The notes under the pieces were generated by a model. It had not been told where the DNA came from. It saw only the letters and a list, made by a program, of their open reading frames with translations, and ran no database searches. The position numbers were made by a program, and so were the translations under genes. From the NCBI GenBank assembly GCA_965217775.1, contig CBDCJH010000002.1, positions 3,136,001-3,200,000 on the forward strand: a stretch of 64,000 nucleotides of DNA, written 5' to 3'. The DNA comes from Acidobacteriota bacterium (GTDB lineage: Bacteria; Acidobacteriota; UBA6911; RPQK01; JAJDTT01). The stretch's first letter is position 1; each line of letters opens with the position of its first letter. Of this stretch, positions 28,480 through 39,216 are shown one piece after another.

Positions 28480-31400
28480 TTGTTCTTCGGCAGGAACCAA
28501 CTGTAAAGGGCCGGCAACAGCAGCAGCGTCAGGATCGTCGAGCTGACCAGCCCGCCGATCACCACAGTGGCCAGCGGGCGCTGAACTTCGGCGCCGATCG
28601 AAGTTGCCACGGCCATCGGCAGGAACCCCACACTGGCCACCAACGAAGTCATCAGGACCGGGCGCAGCCGCGTCACGGCACCCTCAACGACCGCCTCGCG
28701 AATCGCGCGGCCCCGCTCCAGAAGGGAGTTGGTTGTCGAGACCATCACCAGTCCGTCCAGCACCGCCACGCCGAACACCGCGATGAAACCGATCGAGGCC
28801 GAGACATTCAGGTTCATTCCGCGCAGCCACAGCGCGGCGATTCCACCGACCGTGGCGAACGGAACGATGAGCAGCACCAGCAACGATTGCTTGGCTGACC
28901 GGAACGTGGCGTACAACAGCATGAAGATCACCAGCAGGACCGCCGGCAGGACCAACATCAGCCGCTGCATGGCCCGTTGTTGGTTCTCGAACTGGCCGCC
29001 CCAGGTAATGTAGTAGCCCGTCGGCACCTCAACGGCCGCTTGAATGCGGCGTTGCGCTTCGGCGACGAAACTGCCCATGTCGCGCCCGCGGACATTGCAC
29101 TGCACCACGATACGGCGCTGGCTGTCTTCGCGATGGACGACCTCCGGACCGCTGGCGCGGCGAATCTCTGCCACACGGCCCAACGGAACCTGCTCGCCCG
29201 CCGGCGCAGCCAGCAGAATGCTGCCGAGGGCGTCGCGATCCTTCCGGTAAGACTCGGGCAATCGAACGGCGATCTGAAATCGGCGGCGGCCGTCGATGAC
29301 TTCCGTCACCGCCTTGCCCCCCACCGCGGCCTGCACCACGTCACGCACATCGGAAACATTGAGGCCGTAACGTGCCAGTTCGTCCCGGTCCACCACAACC
29401 TGCCACTCTGCCGCGCCGGAAAAGACCTGCTTCTGGGCGTCGGCGGCGCCGCGCACCTGCCCGAGCACGCCCAGCACTTCGTTGGCCGTATGGTCGAGCA
29501 TTTTCTCGTCGGGGCCGAAGATCTTGACCGCGACGTCAGCCTCCACGCCGGAAATGGTCTCGCCCAGGCGCATCGCCATCGGTTGAGTAAAGTTGTAGAC
29601 GACCCCGGGAATCTTCGACAGTTCCGCCGCCATGGCTTCCGTCAGTCCATCCTTGGTGTCGGCCGTGGTCCACTGCTCACGCGGCTTCAGGTTCACGAAC
29701 ACGTCGCTCTCGTAGACCCCCATCGCCTCCGTGGCGAGGTCGGGCCGGCCCAAGGTACTGACGACGCCGGTCACCTCGGGGAACTCCAGCAACGTCCTTT
29801 CGACTTCGAGCCCGATGTCCACCGACTCGGACACCGAGATGCTGGGAAGCCGAAGTGCCTGAACCAGCATGGACCCCTCGTCGAGGCGCGGCATGAATTC
29901 GGTGCCGATGTAGCGTAGGGAGCCCAGGGGGACGGCGACGAGCGCCAAGCCCATGGTGAGCACAAGCACCCGGTGATCGAGCGCGTAGTTCACGACTCGC
30001 CCGTAGACCTTCCGTGCGCGGTCCATAATGGGCTCTCCGGATTTCTTCGTGCTGCGTCCCAACAACAGCCGGGACGCGGCCGGCACCATTGCCAGGGTCA
30101 GCACCAGCGAGCCCAGCAGTGCCGCGCAGACGGTCACGGCCATGGGACGATACATGCGGCCTTCGAGCCCCTGCAGACTCAAGATCGGGACGTAAACCGC
30201 GATGATGATGGCGACGCCTGTCAGGATCGGCCGGGACACCTGGTGCGCCGCCGAGCGCACCAGGCCCAGGCTCTCGTCCCGGGTCAGCGGCACATCGTGG
30301 TTTGGACGCGCACGCAGACGTCGCACATGGTTCTCGATCATGATCACCGCACCGTCGACGATCATGCCGAAGTCGATCGCTCCCAGGCTCATCAGATTGG
30401 CGGTGATGCCGAACCACCACATTCCCAGAAACGCGAAGAGCATGGACAGCGGAATCACGGCAGCGACGATCAGAGCCGCGCGAAAGTTGCCGAGAAACAA
30501 GAACAGAATCGCCACCACCAGCGCTCCGCCCAGGAGAAGATTGTCGCGCACCGTACGGATGGTCCCGTCGATCACCACCGACTGGTCGTAGAAGGGAACG
30601 ATCTTCACGCCCTCGGGAAGCGAACGGCGAATCCCTTCGAGGGCCTTCTTGACGCGCTCGATGACCGTCTTGCTGTTCTGGCCTCTGAGCATGATCACCA
30701 TACCGGAGACGGTCTCGCCCTTGCCGTCGCGCGTGACTGCCCCTTGCCGCGGCATTCGCCCAACCTTGACTTCGGCGACGTCACGCAGGTAGACCGCGGT
30801 TCCCTCGTGAGCCCTCAGGACGATCGTCTCCAAGTCCCGCTCGCTCCCGACCCGGCCCAGACCGCGGACGGTGTACTGCTCGGAGGCGTGCTCCACGAAC
30901 CCGCCGCCGAAATTGTCGTTGTTGTCCCGAACCCGCTCGAACACGTCACGGAGCGTCAGCCCGCGAGCGCGCAGCCGGTAAGGATCCACCTCGATCTCGT
31001 ACTGCCGCGTGTACCCGCCCCAGGTGTTGATGTCGGCGACGCCCGGCACGGCCCGCAGTTGGTATTTGATCTCCCAGTCGTGGAGCGTCTTCAGCTCCAT
31101 CGCGCCATAGCCTTCCCCTTCGAGCGTATACCGGTACACCTCGCCGAAGGCCGTCGCCACGGGCCCCAACGCCGGCTCGAGGCCGGCCGGAATCCGGCCG
31201 CGCGCTTCGTTCAGCCGTTCATTGACGAGCTGCCGTGCGAAATAGTTGTCTACGCTGTCAGCAAAAACAATGGTCACCAGGGAAAGGCCCAATTTGGAAA
31301 TCGAGCGGACTTCCTCGGTGTCGGGAAGGCCCATCATGGCCGATTCGATGGGGAAGGTCACCAGTTGCTCGACCTCCACCGGCGCCATGCCCGGCGCTTC

Positions 31401-31553
31401 GGTGATGACCGTGACCTGGTTGTTGGTCAGGTCGGGAAAAGCGTCGATGGGAATCTGGTAGAAAGCGTTGAGGCCGGCCGCGAGAAGCACCGCCAGGCCG
31501 AACAGGACGACCCAAGGGTGATCGAGGGTATAGTCGATGATGCGCTTGACCAT
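28476..31553 (-). CDS. Heavy-metal efflux RND permease (CusA/CzcA family)
   Basis: PIDAFPDLTNNQVTVITEAPGMAPVEVEQLVTFPIE, ANLMSLGAIDFGMIVDGAV, RLRPVLMT, QRPLATVVIGGL. Confidence 0.95.
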   Translation of the reverse strand: MVKRIIDYTLDHPWVVLFGLAVLLAAGLNAFYQIPIDAFPDLTNNQVTVITEAPGMAPVEVEQLVTFPIESAMMGLPDTEEVRSISKLGLSLVTIVFADSVDNYFARQLVNERLNEARGRIPAGLEPALGPVATAFGEVYRYTLEGEGYGAMELKTLHDWEIKYQLRAVPGVADINTWGGYTRQYEIEVDPYRLRARGLTLRDVFERVRDNNDNFGGGFVEHASEQYTVRGLGRVGSERDLETIVLRAHEGTAVYLRDVAEVKVGRMPRQGAVTRDGKGETVSGMVIMLRGQNSKTVIERVKKALEGIRRSLPEGVKIVPFYDQSVVIDGTIRTVRDNLLLGGALVVAILFLFLGNFRAALIVAAVIPLSMLFAFLGMWWFGITANLMSLGAIDFGMIVDGAVIMIENHVRRLRARPNHDVPLTRDESLGLVRSAAHQVSRPILTGVAIIIAVYVPILSLQGLEGRMYRPMAVTVCAALLGSLVLTLAMVPAASRLLLGRSTKKSGEPIMDRARKVYGRVVNYALDHRVLVLTMGLALVAVPLGSLRYIGTEFMPRLDEGSMLVQALRLPSISVSESVDIGLEVERTLLEFPEVTGVVSTLGRPDLATEAMGVYESDVFVNLKPREQWTTADTKDGLTEAMAAELSKIPGVVYNFTQPMAMRLGETISGVEADVAVKIFGPDEKMLDHTANEVLGVLGQVRGAADAQKQVFSGAAEWQVVVDRDELARYGLNVSDVRDVVQAAVGGKAVTEVIDGRRRFQIAVRLPESYRKDRDALGSILLAAPAGEQVPLGRVAEIRRASGPEVVHREDSQRRIVVQCNVRGRDMGSFVAEAQRRIQAAVEVPTGYYITWGGQFENQQRAMQRLMLVLPAVLLVIFMLLYATFRSAKQSLLVLLIVPFATVGGIAALWLRGMNLNVSASIGFIAVFGVAVLDGLVMVSTTNSLLERGRAIREAVVEGAVTRLRPVLMTSLVASVGFLPMAVATSIGAEVQRPLATVVIGGLVSSTILTLLLLPALYSWFLPKNK

Positions 31554-31596
31554 GTTTCTGGTGGCGACGGGTCCCGCGACCCAACCGGAGCGGTTG

Positions 31597-32871
31597 CTAC
31601 TCTTCGACCATTCGGGCCTTGAGCAATTCGGACTTGAGGCGGAAGGCGCCATTGACCACCACCATTTCGCCCGCCCGCAACCCGCTCACGATTTCGACAA
31701 CGGAATCGGAGTGTCGGCCGACCTGGACCCGGCGTACTCGAAAGGAAGTCTCTCCCTCCGGCACGAACAGAACCTCTTCCCCATCCACGTTCTGCAGCGC
31801 AGCGAGTGGTGCGACGACGGCTTCCCTGCCGCCGCCGGCGCCAATGGTGAGCGTCGCGAACATCTCTCTCTTGAGACGCCGTCCGGGGTTGCTCAACTCG
31901 CAGCGCACCTCAACGGTTCGCGTCTCCGGATCGAGTGCGTCGCCGATGTAGGTGATGCGGGCCGGAAACGTCCTGCCAGGGTAAGCCCGCACCGACACTT
32001 TCACCGCCTGTCCGTTCCGCAGCGACGAGAGGTGCTGCTCGGGGACCTGGGCAATCACCCATAGCCTCCTCAAATCGCTGATGACGTAGAGCGAATCCGA
32101 CGCCGCGACCACGGCGCCCGGACTGACCATGCGCTCGATAATGGTGCCCGGCACCGGCGAGCGCACCTCGATCAAGTGCTCCTCTTCATGCGCGCGATGA
32201 TGCTCACCGGCCGCGCTCGGCAGCCGCTCCGGGGAAAGGCCCAAGTAGCGCAAGTGTATCTCGGTACGCTTCACTCCGGCCCTGGCGATTTCGAGAAACA
32301 TCTCGGCGCTGCGCAACTTGGTTTCGGCCTCCTGCACCTGCTGCAGCGAGCCCGCTTTCAACTCGTGAAGCCGGGATGCCCGCTTGTAAGTTTCCTGGGC
32401 GAACTGCAGTTCCGTCTGCCTTCGTTTCAACTCGGCCCGGGCCTGCCAGTACGAGGCTTCAGCGTCATGGACCTCGTGGCTGTGGAGTCGCGCGAGCACT
32501 TGTCCCTTTTCGACGTCGGTGCCGACCGACTCGCAACACTCGACGACCACGCCTTCGGCAAAGGAGCCCACGCGCGCGGTGTCGTCCTCGTTGACCGTGA
32601 TTCGTCCCGAGACCTGCAGTTCTCTTTCGAGTTTTCCGGTTTCCACGTCAGCGAGCGTGATGTCGGCGATTCGAATCGCCTCCTCGTCGAGACGGATCAA
32701 GCCCGGGTCGGGCGCGGCCTCAGTCTCGATCGCCTCCGCTTCGGCTGCCGGCTCCGTTTCGGCTTCCGGTGCCGAGCATCCGGCCCATGTCATCACCAGA
32801 ATCGCGGTCACCGCCGCCAGGGGTATTCGCCCGATTTCAAGTTCCAACGTTCTCATCGTCAACAGCTTCAC
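31597..32871 (-). CDS. RND periplasmic adaptor subunit (CzcB/CusB family)
   Basis: Lipoprotein signal, VRSPVPGTII, ISDLRRLWV, LDPETRTVEVR, His-rich loop GEHHRAHEEEH. Confidence 0.92.
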   Translation of the reverse strand: MKLLTMRTLELEIGRIPLAAVTAILVMTWAGCSAPEAETEPAAEAEAIETEAAPDPGLIRLDEEAIRIADITLADVETGKLERELQVSGRITVNEDDTARVGSFAEGVVVECCESVGTDVEKGQVLARLHSHEVHDAEASYWQARAELKRRQTELQFAQETYKRASRLHELKAGSLQQVQEAETKLRSAEMFLEIARAGVKRTEIHLRYLGLSPERLPSAAGEHHRAHEEEHLIEVRSPVPGTIIERMVSPGAVVAASDSLYVISDLRRLWVIAQVPEQHLSSLRNGQAVKVSVRAYPGRTFPARITYIGDALDPETRTVEVRCELSNPGRRLKREMFATLTIGAGGGREAVVAPLAALQNVDGEEVLFVPEGETSFRVRRVQVGRHSDSVVEIVSGLRAGEMVVVNGAFRLKSELLKARMVEE

Positions 32872-34196
32872 TCGGCTGTCGTGCCATAATGCGCGGCCGC
32901 CGTTTGGGTCGCGCCGGTGGACAGAAACAGATTCGGCGTGCCCGAGGCGGTCTCCAGATCCACCCAGCTCAATTGGTAGTCGAACACCAACCGCGAGTGG
33001 AACAAGACGAGTTCGTTCTGGGCGCGCTGGGCGTCGAGCACGTCGAGCATTTCGACCCCGGCTTCCTGATACGCGGCAAGCGCGATCCGAGAGGTCTCCC
33101 GCGCCCGATCAAGGACTCCGGTCTCCATCGAGCGCAACATTTCCGAGCGCCGCCGCACCGTCTCAACCGCTGCGGCCACGTCGGCAGAAATGCGCGCTTC
33201 CGCTGCCCGCAAGGCCGCTTCCCTGCGGCGAACCTCGGCCAAGGCCTCCCCGATCCGGCCCGCGTTGTCGTCGCGAACCGGCAACGGAATCGAAATCCCG
33301 CCGACGAGCGTGTGGAACGCGTTGTTCCGCTTGTAACCAAGATAGGGTCTCACGTCGGGGCGCGCCAGCGACCGCTGCAGTTCCACGGCCGCGCGGGCGC
33401 GCTCCACCTGGGCTTGGCCGAGCAGGATCTCCACGCGATTGGCCAACGCCTTCCCCACGGTCTGTCGAGTGGCCCCGGCGTCTTCCCAGCCGACGTCGAC
33501 TGGCCGTGCGTCCGGCTTCCGAAGCTCGAAGCTGGTGCTCAACTCCGGGATCCCCATCGCCTTCAGCAAGGCGATCTTGGCGCGGCTGACCTCCAATTCG
33601 GCGCCGGAGAGGGCCAGTGCGGCCCGTCCGACTTCGACTCGAACCTTGATCAGGTCCACTTCAGCCATCGCACCCAGCCGCACGCGCGCCTCGTGGTAGT
33701 TCTCGAGGCGTTCCAGGGTCTCGCGGCTGCGCTCCAGCATCTCGACATCGCTTTCGGTTGCCAGGGCTTCCCAATAGGCCTTCTTGACGCTCTGGCGAAT
33801 CCTCCAGGCGGCCAGTTGGCGTTGGTGCTCCGCGATGCGCTCATCAGCCTCGGCAAGCTCGACGCGCCGGGTCCGCTTGCCCGCGGTCTCGACCGGCACG
33901 CTCACCCACGCAAACAGGTCAAGGTCGCGGGAGGCCGAAAAGCCCGGGTTCCCGTAGAACCGCCAGTTCTCGGTTTGTAAAGAGAACACCGGGTTTGGCG
34001 ACAACCCGGCTTGCTGCGTTGAACCGGCACGCGCATCCATCGCCGCCCGGGCGGCGTCCAAGTCGGCGTGGCTCGAGAGTGCGATCTCGATGGCCCGGTC
34101 GACTTCGAGAGTTCCGGGGAGCGGTTGAGCCCGCAGTTCCAGCGCCAGACCTGCCAAGACGAGGAGTGTCCCGGCTACAAGTATTTTCACGTTCAT
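32868..34196 (-). CDS. TolC/CzcC family outer membrane efflux protein
   Basis: AGLSPNPVFS, VETAGKR..R, GISIPLPV, AYQEAG..MLDVLDAQR; overlaps the adaptor start. Confidence 0.9.
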   Translation of the reverse strand: MNVKILVAGTLLVLAGLALELRAQPLPGTLEVDRAIEIALSSHADLDAARAAMDARAGSTQQAGLSPNPVFSLQTENWRFYGNPGFSASRDLDLFAWVSVPVETAGKRTRRVELAEADERIAEHQRQLAAWRIRQSVKKAYWEALATESDVEMLERSRETLERLENYHEARVRLGAMAEVDLIKVRVEVGRAALALSGAELEVSRAKIALLKAMGIPELSTSFELRKPDARPVDVGWEDAGATRQTVGKALANRVEILLGQAQVERARAAVELQRSLARPDVRPYLGYKRNNAFHTLVGGISIPLPVRDDNAGRIGEALAEVRRREAALRAAEARISADVAAAVETVRRRSEMLRSMETGVLDRARETSRIALAAYQEAGVEMLDVLDAQRAQNELVLFHSRLVFDYQLSWVDLETASGTPNLFLSTGATQTAAAHYGTTAE

Positions 34197-34252
34197 CGCC
34201 GTCTCCGTGCTGTTGATTGATGTCGCCCTTACGGGCTGCCACGTCCCAGCGG

Positions 34253-35590
34253 CTATAGCGTCCAGCCCTTGCGGTATTCCTTGTGGACGAGCTGCTGGGC
34301 GGCCGCCGAGTTGGTGATGCTAAGGGAACTCGCGTCCCACTCGATGGCTTCGCCGCTCCGGTAGGCCACGACCCCCAGCAGGACGGCCTCGGTGAGGGCC
34401 CCCGAATAATCGAAATTGCAGTTGGCGGTCCCGCCCGATTTGATGGCCTGGATCCATTCCTGGTGATGTCCGGGCGACCGGGGAATGAAGGGATCCGGAC
34501 GTTTGAACCCGGCAAACTTTTCCACCGGCAGCAGCATGTGCTCCGAGTAGTTGGAGAGGATCATGCCTTCGGAGCCGACGAAGAGCTGACCGCGGTCCGG
34601 GTCCAGGGGCTGGCCCTCGGCGTCCTTGAACCCGGACAGAAGGTCCGGCCTCTTTCCGCCGTCGTACCACTTCAAGGTCACCGGCGGCAGGGAGCCCCGG
34701 GCCGGATACTCGTAGGTCACGATCAGGCCGGAGGTCGCGCTCTCCAGGAGCGGAGAGGGGCCGGCCGCCGACACTCGAGCCGGATGCTTGAGATCCAGCG
34801 CCCAATGGGGGAGGTCCATCCAGTGGCAGGCGAAGTCGCCCAGGGCACCGGTGCCGTAGTCCCAGAACCAGCGCCAGTTGAAGGGGTGAACCGCGATCAC
34901 CGAACCGTCCTCCTGGACGCTCTCGCAATAGGGACGGGCTGCCGCGGGACCCAGCCAGAGATCCCAGTCGACGTGGCCGGGGCGCGGTTTTCCGGTGATC
35001 ATCCGGCGGCCCGAGTAGTCGACGTTGACCCAGACGTGCACTTCCCGAATTTCACCGATGGCGCCGCTCCGGACCAGCTCGACCACCAGGCGATAGTTCT
35101 CCTCGGCGTGGACCTGCGTCCCCATCTGCGTGACCAGGCCATTTTCGGCCGCCAGTTCGGCCAGTCTTCGCGCCTCGTAGATAGTGTGGGTGAGTGGCTT
35201 CTCGCAGTAGACGTGTTTCTTCATCTGCAGGGCCATCGACGCCGCCGGTGCATGGGTATGGTCGGGCGTGCTGACGAGGACGGCGTCGATCTTCTCGGCC
35301 TCCTTCTCCAACATGACCCGGTAGTCCCGGTACCGGCGGGCGTTGGGATAGGTCTCGCCCGCGGCATCGAGAAATTCCTCGTCGATGTCCACAAGGGCCA
35401 CGATGTTCTCGCTGGCGACACCCTTCAGATTCGCTGCTGCCCGATTGTGAACACCGATCGAAGCGATGTTGAGACGGTCCACCGCCGATCCGGACTGGGC
35501 TCGAGAAATCAGGGAATGCGAAGATCCCAGCGCCACCGCCGTAGCGGCCGACCTTCCCAGAAATTGTCGACGATCGAGTTTCTTCACCAC
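34253..35590 (-). CDS. Gfo/Idh/MocA family oxidoreductase, Tat-exported
   Basis: DRRQFL, IDAVLVSTPDHTH, HVYCEKPL, TQMGTQ, WDLWLGPA, GALGDFACH. Confidence 0.93.
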   Translation of the reverse strand: MVKKLDRRQFLGRSAATAVALGSSHSLISRAQSGSAVDRLNIASIGVHNRAAANLKGVASENIVALVDIDEEFLDAAGETYPNARRYRDYRVMLEKEAEKIDAVLVSTPDHTHAPAASMALQMKKHVYCEKPLTHTIYEARRLAELAAENGLVTQMGTQVHAEENYRLVVELVRSGAIGEIREVHVWVNVDYSGRRMITGKPRPGHVDWDLWLGPAAARPYCESVQEDGSVIAVHPFNWRWFWDYGTGALGDFACHWMDLPHWALDLKHPARVSAAGPSPLLESATSGLIVTYEYPARGSLPPVTLKWYDGGKRPDLLSGFKDAEGQPLDPDRGQLFVGSEGMILSNYSEHMLLPVEKFAGFKRPDPFIPRSPGHHQEWIQAIKSGGTANCNFDYSGALTEAVLLGVVAYRSGEAIEWDASSLSITNSAAAQQLVHKEYRKGWTL

Positions 35591-35648
35591 AACAATCCTC
35601 CTCTCCGCTGGCGCAGCCGGCCTCATCCCGCGAACGGCGGGCGCCGGC

Positions 35649-37808
35649 TCAGGTTTCGGTCTGTTGGAACCCTTCCTCCACACCTCGCCGACTCAGGTCC
35701 CGAATCTCCTCGGCGCTCAAAGCTCTCTTGACCACCAGCACATCGTCCACCCAGCCCGTGAGTTGGTGACGATTCGAGCCCTCGCTGCGCCATCCGTGGC
35801 CGACGAAAGTTCCGTCGCGGTCTGCTCCCAGATGCAGGTTGTCCGACAGATGGACGCCGGCCAGCGGCAGACCATCCGGAGGACCGAAGATCTCAAAGAC
35901 CGTGTCGTTCCGGCCGAGGCGAGCAGCTCCGGATAGGACTTGGCCCGATCCCGCCATCCGGCCATCCAGGTAGAGACGGACCCGGCCCCGATCGTAGGTG
36001 GCCGCCAAGTGATGATACATCCCTGCAGCCAACGAAACGGCTTGGGAGGAGATCTCCTGCCCGTTGACGATCAGGCGCAGAAACCCGGTTCCGGGACTGA
36101 AGTCGAAGATCAGCTCACCCAGTGAAGCGGAGCCGCTGCCCCGATGGGTGCTGAACAGACGCATGCGGTCTCGGCTTTGCGTCTTGACCCGGGCCGCCAG
36201 GGTGAATTGGTGACCGAGATGTGCGGTGCCCGGCACCTCCAGCCGGTTCGCACCCGTTCCCGGCTCGGAAAACAGCAGCGTCGAGGATCCTCCCGCGCCC
36301 GCATCGGGATCCTGGACGGTGGAGAGGTCGCCATGCCGACGCCCCGGTTGGATCCCGTCCGCCGTCGCTTCGTCGTCGAATCCGTCTCCGTGGAATGACT
36401 CGAACGTATAGAAGACCTCCAGCGGCGCAGGCGGGTCGGCGACCTGAACCGAATCGCCGGCCCGGAAAGAGAAGAGGGAGGCGCGCGTCAAAAGAAAACG
36501 TAGCCGCCGGGGTTCGGAGGAATCGGGCAGTTCGTCCCGCGCCTTCCACCTGATGGCGAAGTCCACGCTGTCTTCCGTCATGGGCCGGCACTCTTCCTTT
36601 GCGTAGCCGGTCAGGACCCGGCCCTCCCCGTCCAGCACCTCCACCCGGATTTCTCCTCCACCAGCATTTGCGTTGAGCCGTAGCTCACCCTCCAGGCCGA
36701 ACAGGAGGCGGGTGGTGACCGCCCCGCCGCCTGACCCGGCGTCCAGGGAAACGAAGCCGTCCCTGCGCAAGGTGGCCAAGCCGATGGCGCCCTCCCCTCG
36801 CTGCAACCCGTGGGTAGAATCGAAGGCCCCATAGTAGACCCGCAACGTCTCGCCGGGCATTTGCGGATGGTTGAAGGTCTGGACTTGGCCGCTGTCCCAC
36901 GCGCCTGGAGGGCCGGTAGGCAGAATCGGGGTTCTTTCTCCCTCCTGGCGGTCCCACGTGACCCCGTCCCGGCTGCTCACCAGCTCACAGAAGATGGGAC
37001 CGTCGTTCTTCCCGTCCACGATCCTAAAGATCCAGAGGAATCCCAGATACAGACTTTGATAGGGAAAGGCCGCGAGGCCGTAGAAGTCGGTGTGCTGCCC
37101 GCTCCGGGTCACCCAGCGATCATCGACCTCGTCCGGGACCAGGATCAACTCCGCCGGGGGCCAGTGCTGGAAACGGGTCGTGGTGCTGACCGCCACCGAA
37201 CGGCGCCGGTATCCCCGCACCGGAGCGTAGAGCTTTGTATAACCCACATAGGCCCGGCGGTTGGGATCCCAGAGAAAGTGCCCCACGTCGCCGGGATCGG
37301 GCAGGACCGGATTCCTGGGAGTCTCGGTCCAATGGACCCCGTCCGGAGAGGTGGCCCCCCAGTAGCCTCGGACGGCGCGCCCGGGAACGTCGGCGCGGAA
37401 GTCGAAATTGACCATCTTGTACCGTCGATCGGCGTCCGCTTCCCAGGGGGTATGGATGATCTGGGGCATGTGGTCCAACCGGGTCCGGCGAAAGAAGAGG
37501 TTGTTGGCCCGCGAGCCCTGGTGCTCGACCAGGTCCAGGCGCGGCCGGATCCAGCGGAACCCATCCCGGCTGGTGGCGTAGAAGTTGTGGCAATCCCCGT
37601 CCCAGATGTCATACCAGATGCGGTAGCCGTGACCGTCCTCTCCCGGCAGTACGGTGCCGTAGGGGGTGGTGCGCCGCTCGCCCCAGGATCCCGTCATGCC
37701 CAGCACGGGATTGTCCGGGTGTTTTTCGAGGGGATGCCAGGTTCGGACGACGCCCCGCTTCTCCTCAATCAGGTAGTCATCCACCAGGAGTTGCCAGGGT
37801 CCGGTCAA
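35649..37808 (-). CDS. Beta-propeller glycosidase-like protein (paralog 3) with C-terminal LamG-like domain
   Basis: QLLVDDYLIE, HPDNPVL, TSRDGFRW, SSRDGVTW, LRRDGFVS; C-terminal YHHLAATYD...LYLDG...GWVDDVLV..RALS; true start probably upstream. Confidence 0.72.
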   Translation of the reverse strand: MTGPWQLLVDDYLIEEKRGVVRTWHPLEKHPDNPVLGMTGSWGERRTTPYGTVLPGEDGHGYRIWYDIWDGDCHNFYATSRDGFRWIRPRLDLVEHQGSRANNLFFRRTRLDHMPQIIHTPWEADADRRYKMVNFDFRADVPGRAVRGYWGATSPDGVHWTETPRNPVLPDPGDVGHFLWDPNRRAYVGYTKLYAPVRGYRRRSVAVSTTTRFQHWPPAELILVPDEVDDRWVTRSGQHTDFYGLAAFPYQSLYLGFLWIFRIVDGKNDGPIFCELVSSRDGVTWDRQEGERTPILPTGPPGAWDSGQVQTFNHPQMPGETLRVYYGAFDSTHGLQRGEGAIGLATLRRDGFVSLDAGSGGGAVTTRLLFGLEGELRLNANAGGGEIRVEVLDGEGRVLTGYAKEECRPMTEDSVDFAIRWKARDELPDSSEPRRLRFLLTRASLFSFRAGDSVQVADPPAPLEVFYTFESFHGDGFDDEATADGIQPGRRHGDLSTVQDPDAGAGGSSTLLFSEPGTGANRLEVPGTAHLGHQFTLAARVKTQSRDRMRLFSTHRGSGSASLGELIFDFSPGTGFLRLIVNGQEISSQAVSLAAGMYHHLAATYDRGRVRLYLDGRMAGSGQVLSGAARLGRNDTVFEIFGPPDGLPLAGVHLSDNLHLGADRDGTFVGHGWRSEGSNRHQLTGWVDDVLVVKRALSAEEIRDLSRRGVEEGFQQTET

Positions 37809-38004
37809 GTCGCCCAGAAACGAATCCTGAGCCGGAAGCGGCAGGGAAATCGCAACCAGGGAAATTAGAAGAGCAACCGGAATCAGTCCATGAGCCCGAA
37901 AGCTGGACGTGCGCCGTGCGTTTTCTGTGGCAGACGGCTCCGTATCGGGTTCTATCCCGCCGTTACAGGTGGTGATCAGAAGCCTCCCGCCGGCTCCCCT
38001 TCCC

Positions 38005-39126
38005 TCATTTGCCGGGCCTGATGAAGAAGACGTGCTCGTTGGTGTCCTTTCCCTTGTAATTGATGCTATAGAGGACCATCAGTTCGTCGGGCGCACCATC
38101 TTCGTCGGTTTGGATCAGACAGTTTGCGCTGTATCCGTCCCCCCGCCCGGTGTTGCTGCTGACGAGGATGGCGCTGCCCCAGTTCTCGCCGTCGGAGGAC
38201 TGGTACAGAACGAAGCGGTTCGCGCCCTCGCCATAGCTTCCGGACCGCCCATGGAGGTAGTACCGGCCCCCGACGTAGCCCAGTTCCGGGTCCCGAACCT
38301 TCTGGTCGACCCGGGCCTTCCTCTGCCGGGTCCAGGTGCGGCCCCGGTCCTTGCTGATGCAATAGTAGAAGTGGTGCTCGTCGTCCGAGTTGTAGGCCCC
38401 GGCCAGCAGCCCGCCGTCCTCCATCAAGGTCACCGCCCCGTACCAGACGTCGTCCTGCAGCGGCAGTGTGCTCCGCTTCTGCCAGGACCGCCCATCGTCG
38501 GTGCTGACGTACAGCACATGGGGGCCTCGGCCATCGGAGTCGGAGATGACGTAGTTGGTGCCGCCGTCGACTGCCGTGCCGACGGGGTAGCCGATGTGGA
38601 CTCCGTCGACGGACTCGTAGTGGGTCCAGGTGGCGCCCTGGTCGAAACTCCTCAGGAAACCGCTCATGGTCCGGGTGCCGCCCAAGATGAAATGGGTGAC
38701 GAAGACGACTACGGTTCCCTTGGAAGTCACCAAACCCGCTTCGATCCAGGCCGGCCGCTTGGCGTCTCTCGAGTAGGCCTCGAAGGAATAGGGGAACCGG
38801 TTGTACATGTCCCAGGTCCTGCCGCCGTCGCGGCTCTCGGCATGCTCGCTCCAGCCATCCAGGTTGTGGTCGCTGGTGTTGGTGTTGAAGGCCACGATGC
38901 GGCCGTCGGGATACTGCATGCAGACCGGTCCACCGTGGGAATTCCGGCCCGGAAAGTCGCGCTCCAGATAGGACACGATCGTCCCGAAAACATCGTCCCC
39001 CAGCTTCGTCGACGGATCGTAGTCATAGACGACGGCTCCGTCGATGGATTCGTAGTCCTGGGCGAAGGCGGCGCCCATGGCCAACCCGAAGACCCAGACG
39101 GCCAACATCGATCTCCTCAGTTTCAT
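38005..39126 (-). CDS. Secreted Asp-box (BNR) beta-propeller protein, sialidase-like fold (paralog 1)
   Basis: Asp-boxes SRDGGRTW, SFDQGATW, STDDGRSW, SKDRGRTW, SSDGENW; signal peptide ending AFA. Confidence 0.8.
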   Translation of the reverse strand: MKLRRSMLAVWVFGLAMGAAFAQDYESIDGAVVYDYDPSTKLGDDVFGTIVSYLERDFPGRNSHGGPVCMQYPDGRIVAFNTNTSDHNLDGWSEHAESRDGGRTWDMYNRFPYSFEAYSRDAKRPAWIEAGLVTSKGTVVVFVTHFILGGTRTMSGFLRSFDQGATWTHYESVDGVHIGYPVGTAVDGGTNYVISDSDGRGPHVLYVSTDDGRSWQKRSTLPLQDDVWYGAVTLMEDGGLLAGAYNSDDEHHFYYCISKDRGRTWTRQRKARVDQKVRDPELGYVGGRYYLHGRSGSYGEGANRFVLYQSSDGENWGSAILVSSNTGRGDGYSANCLIQTDEDGAPDELMVLYSINYKGKDTNEHVFFIRPGK

Positions 39127-39216
39127 GGATCGCTCCCTTGATCTCTTTCCCATCGGCATCGGACATCCGGACCAGTGCCCATGGTGATAAGAAGCCTCCC
39201 GCCGGCTGTTCTTCCC

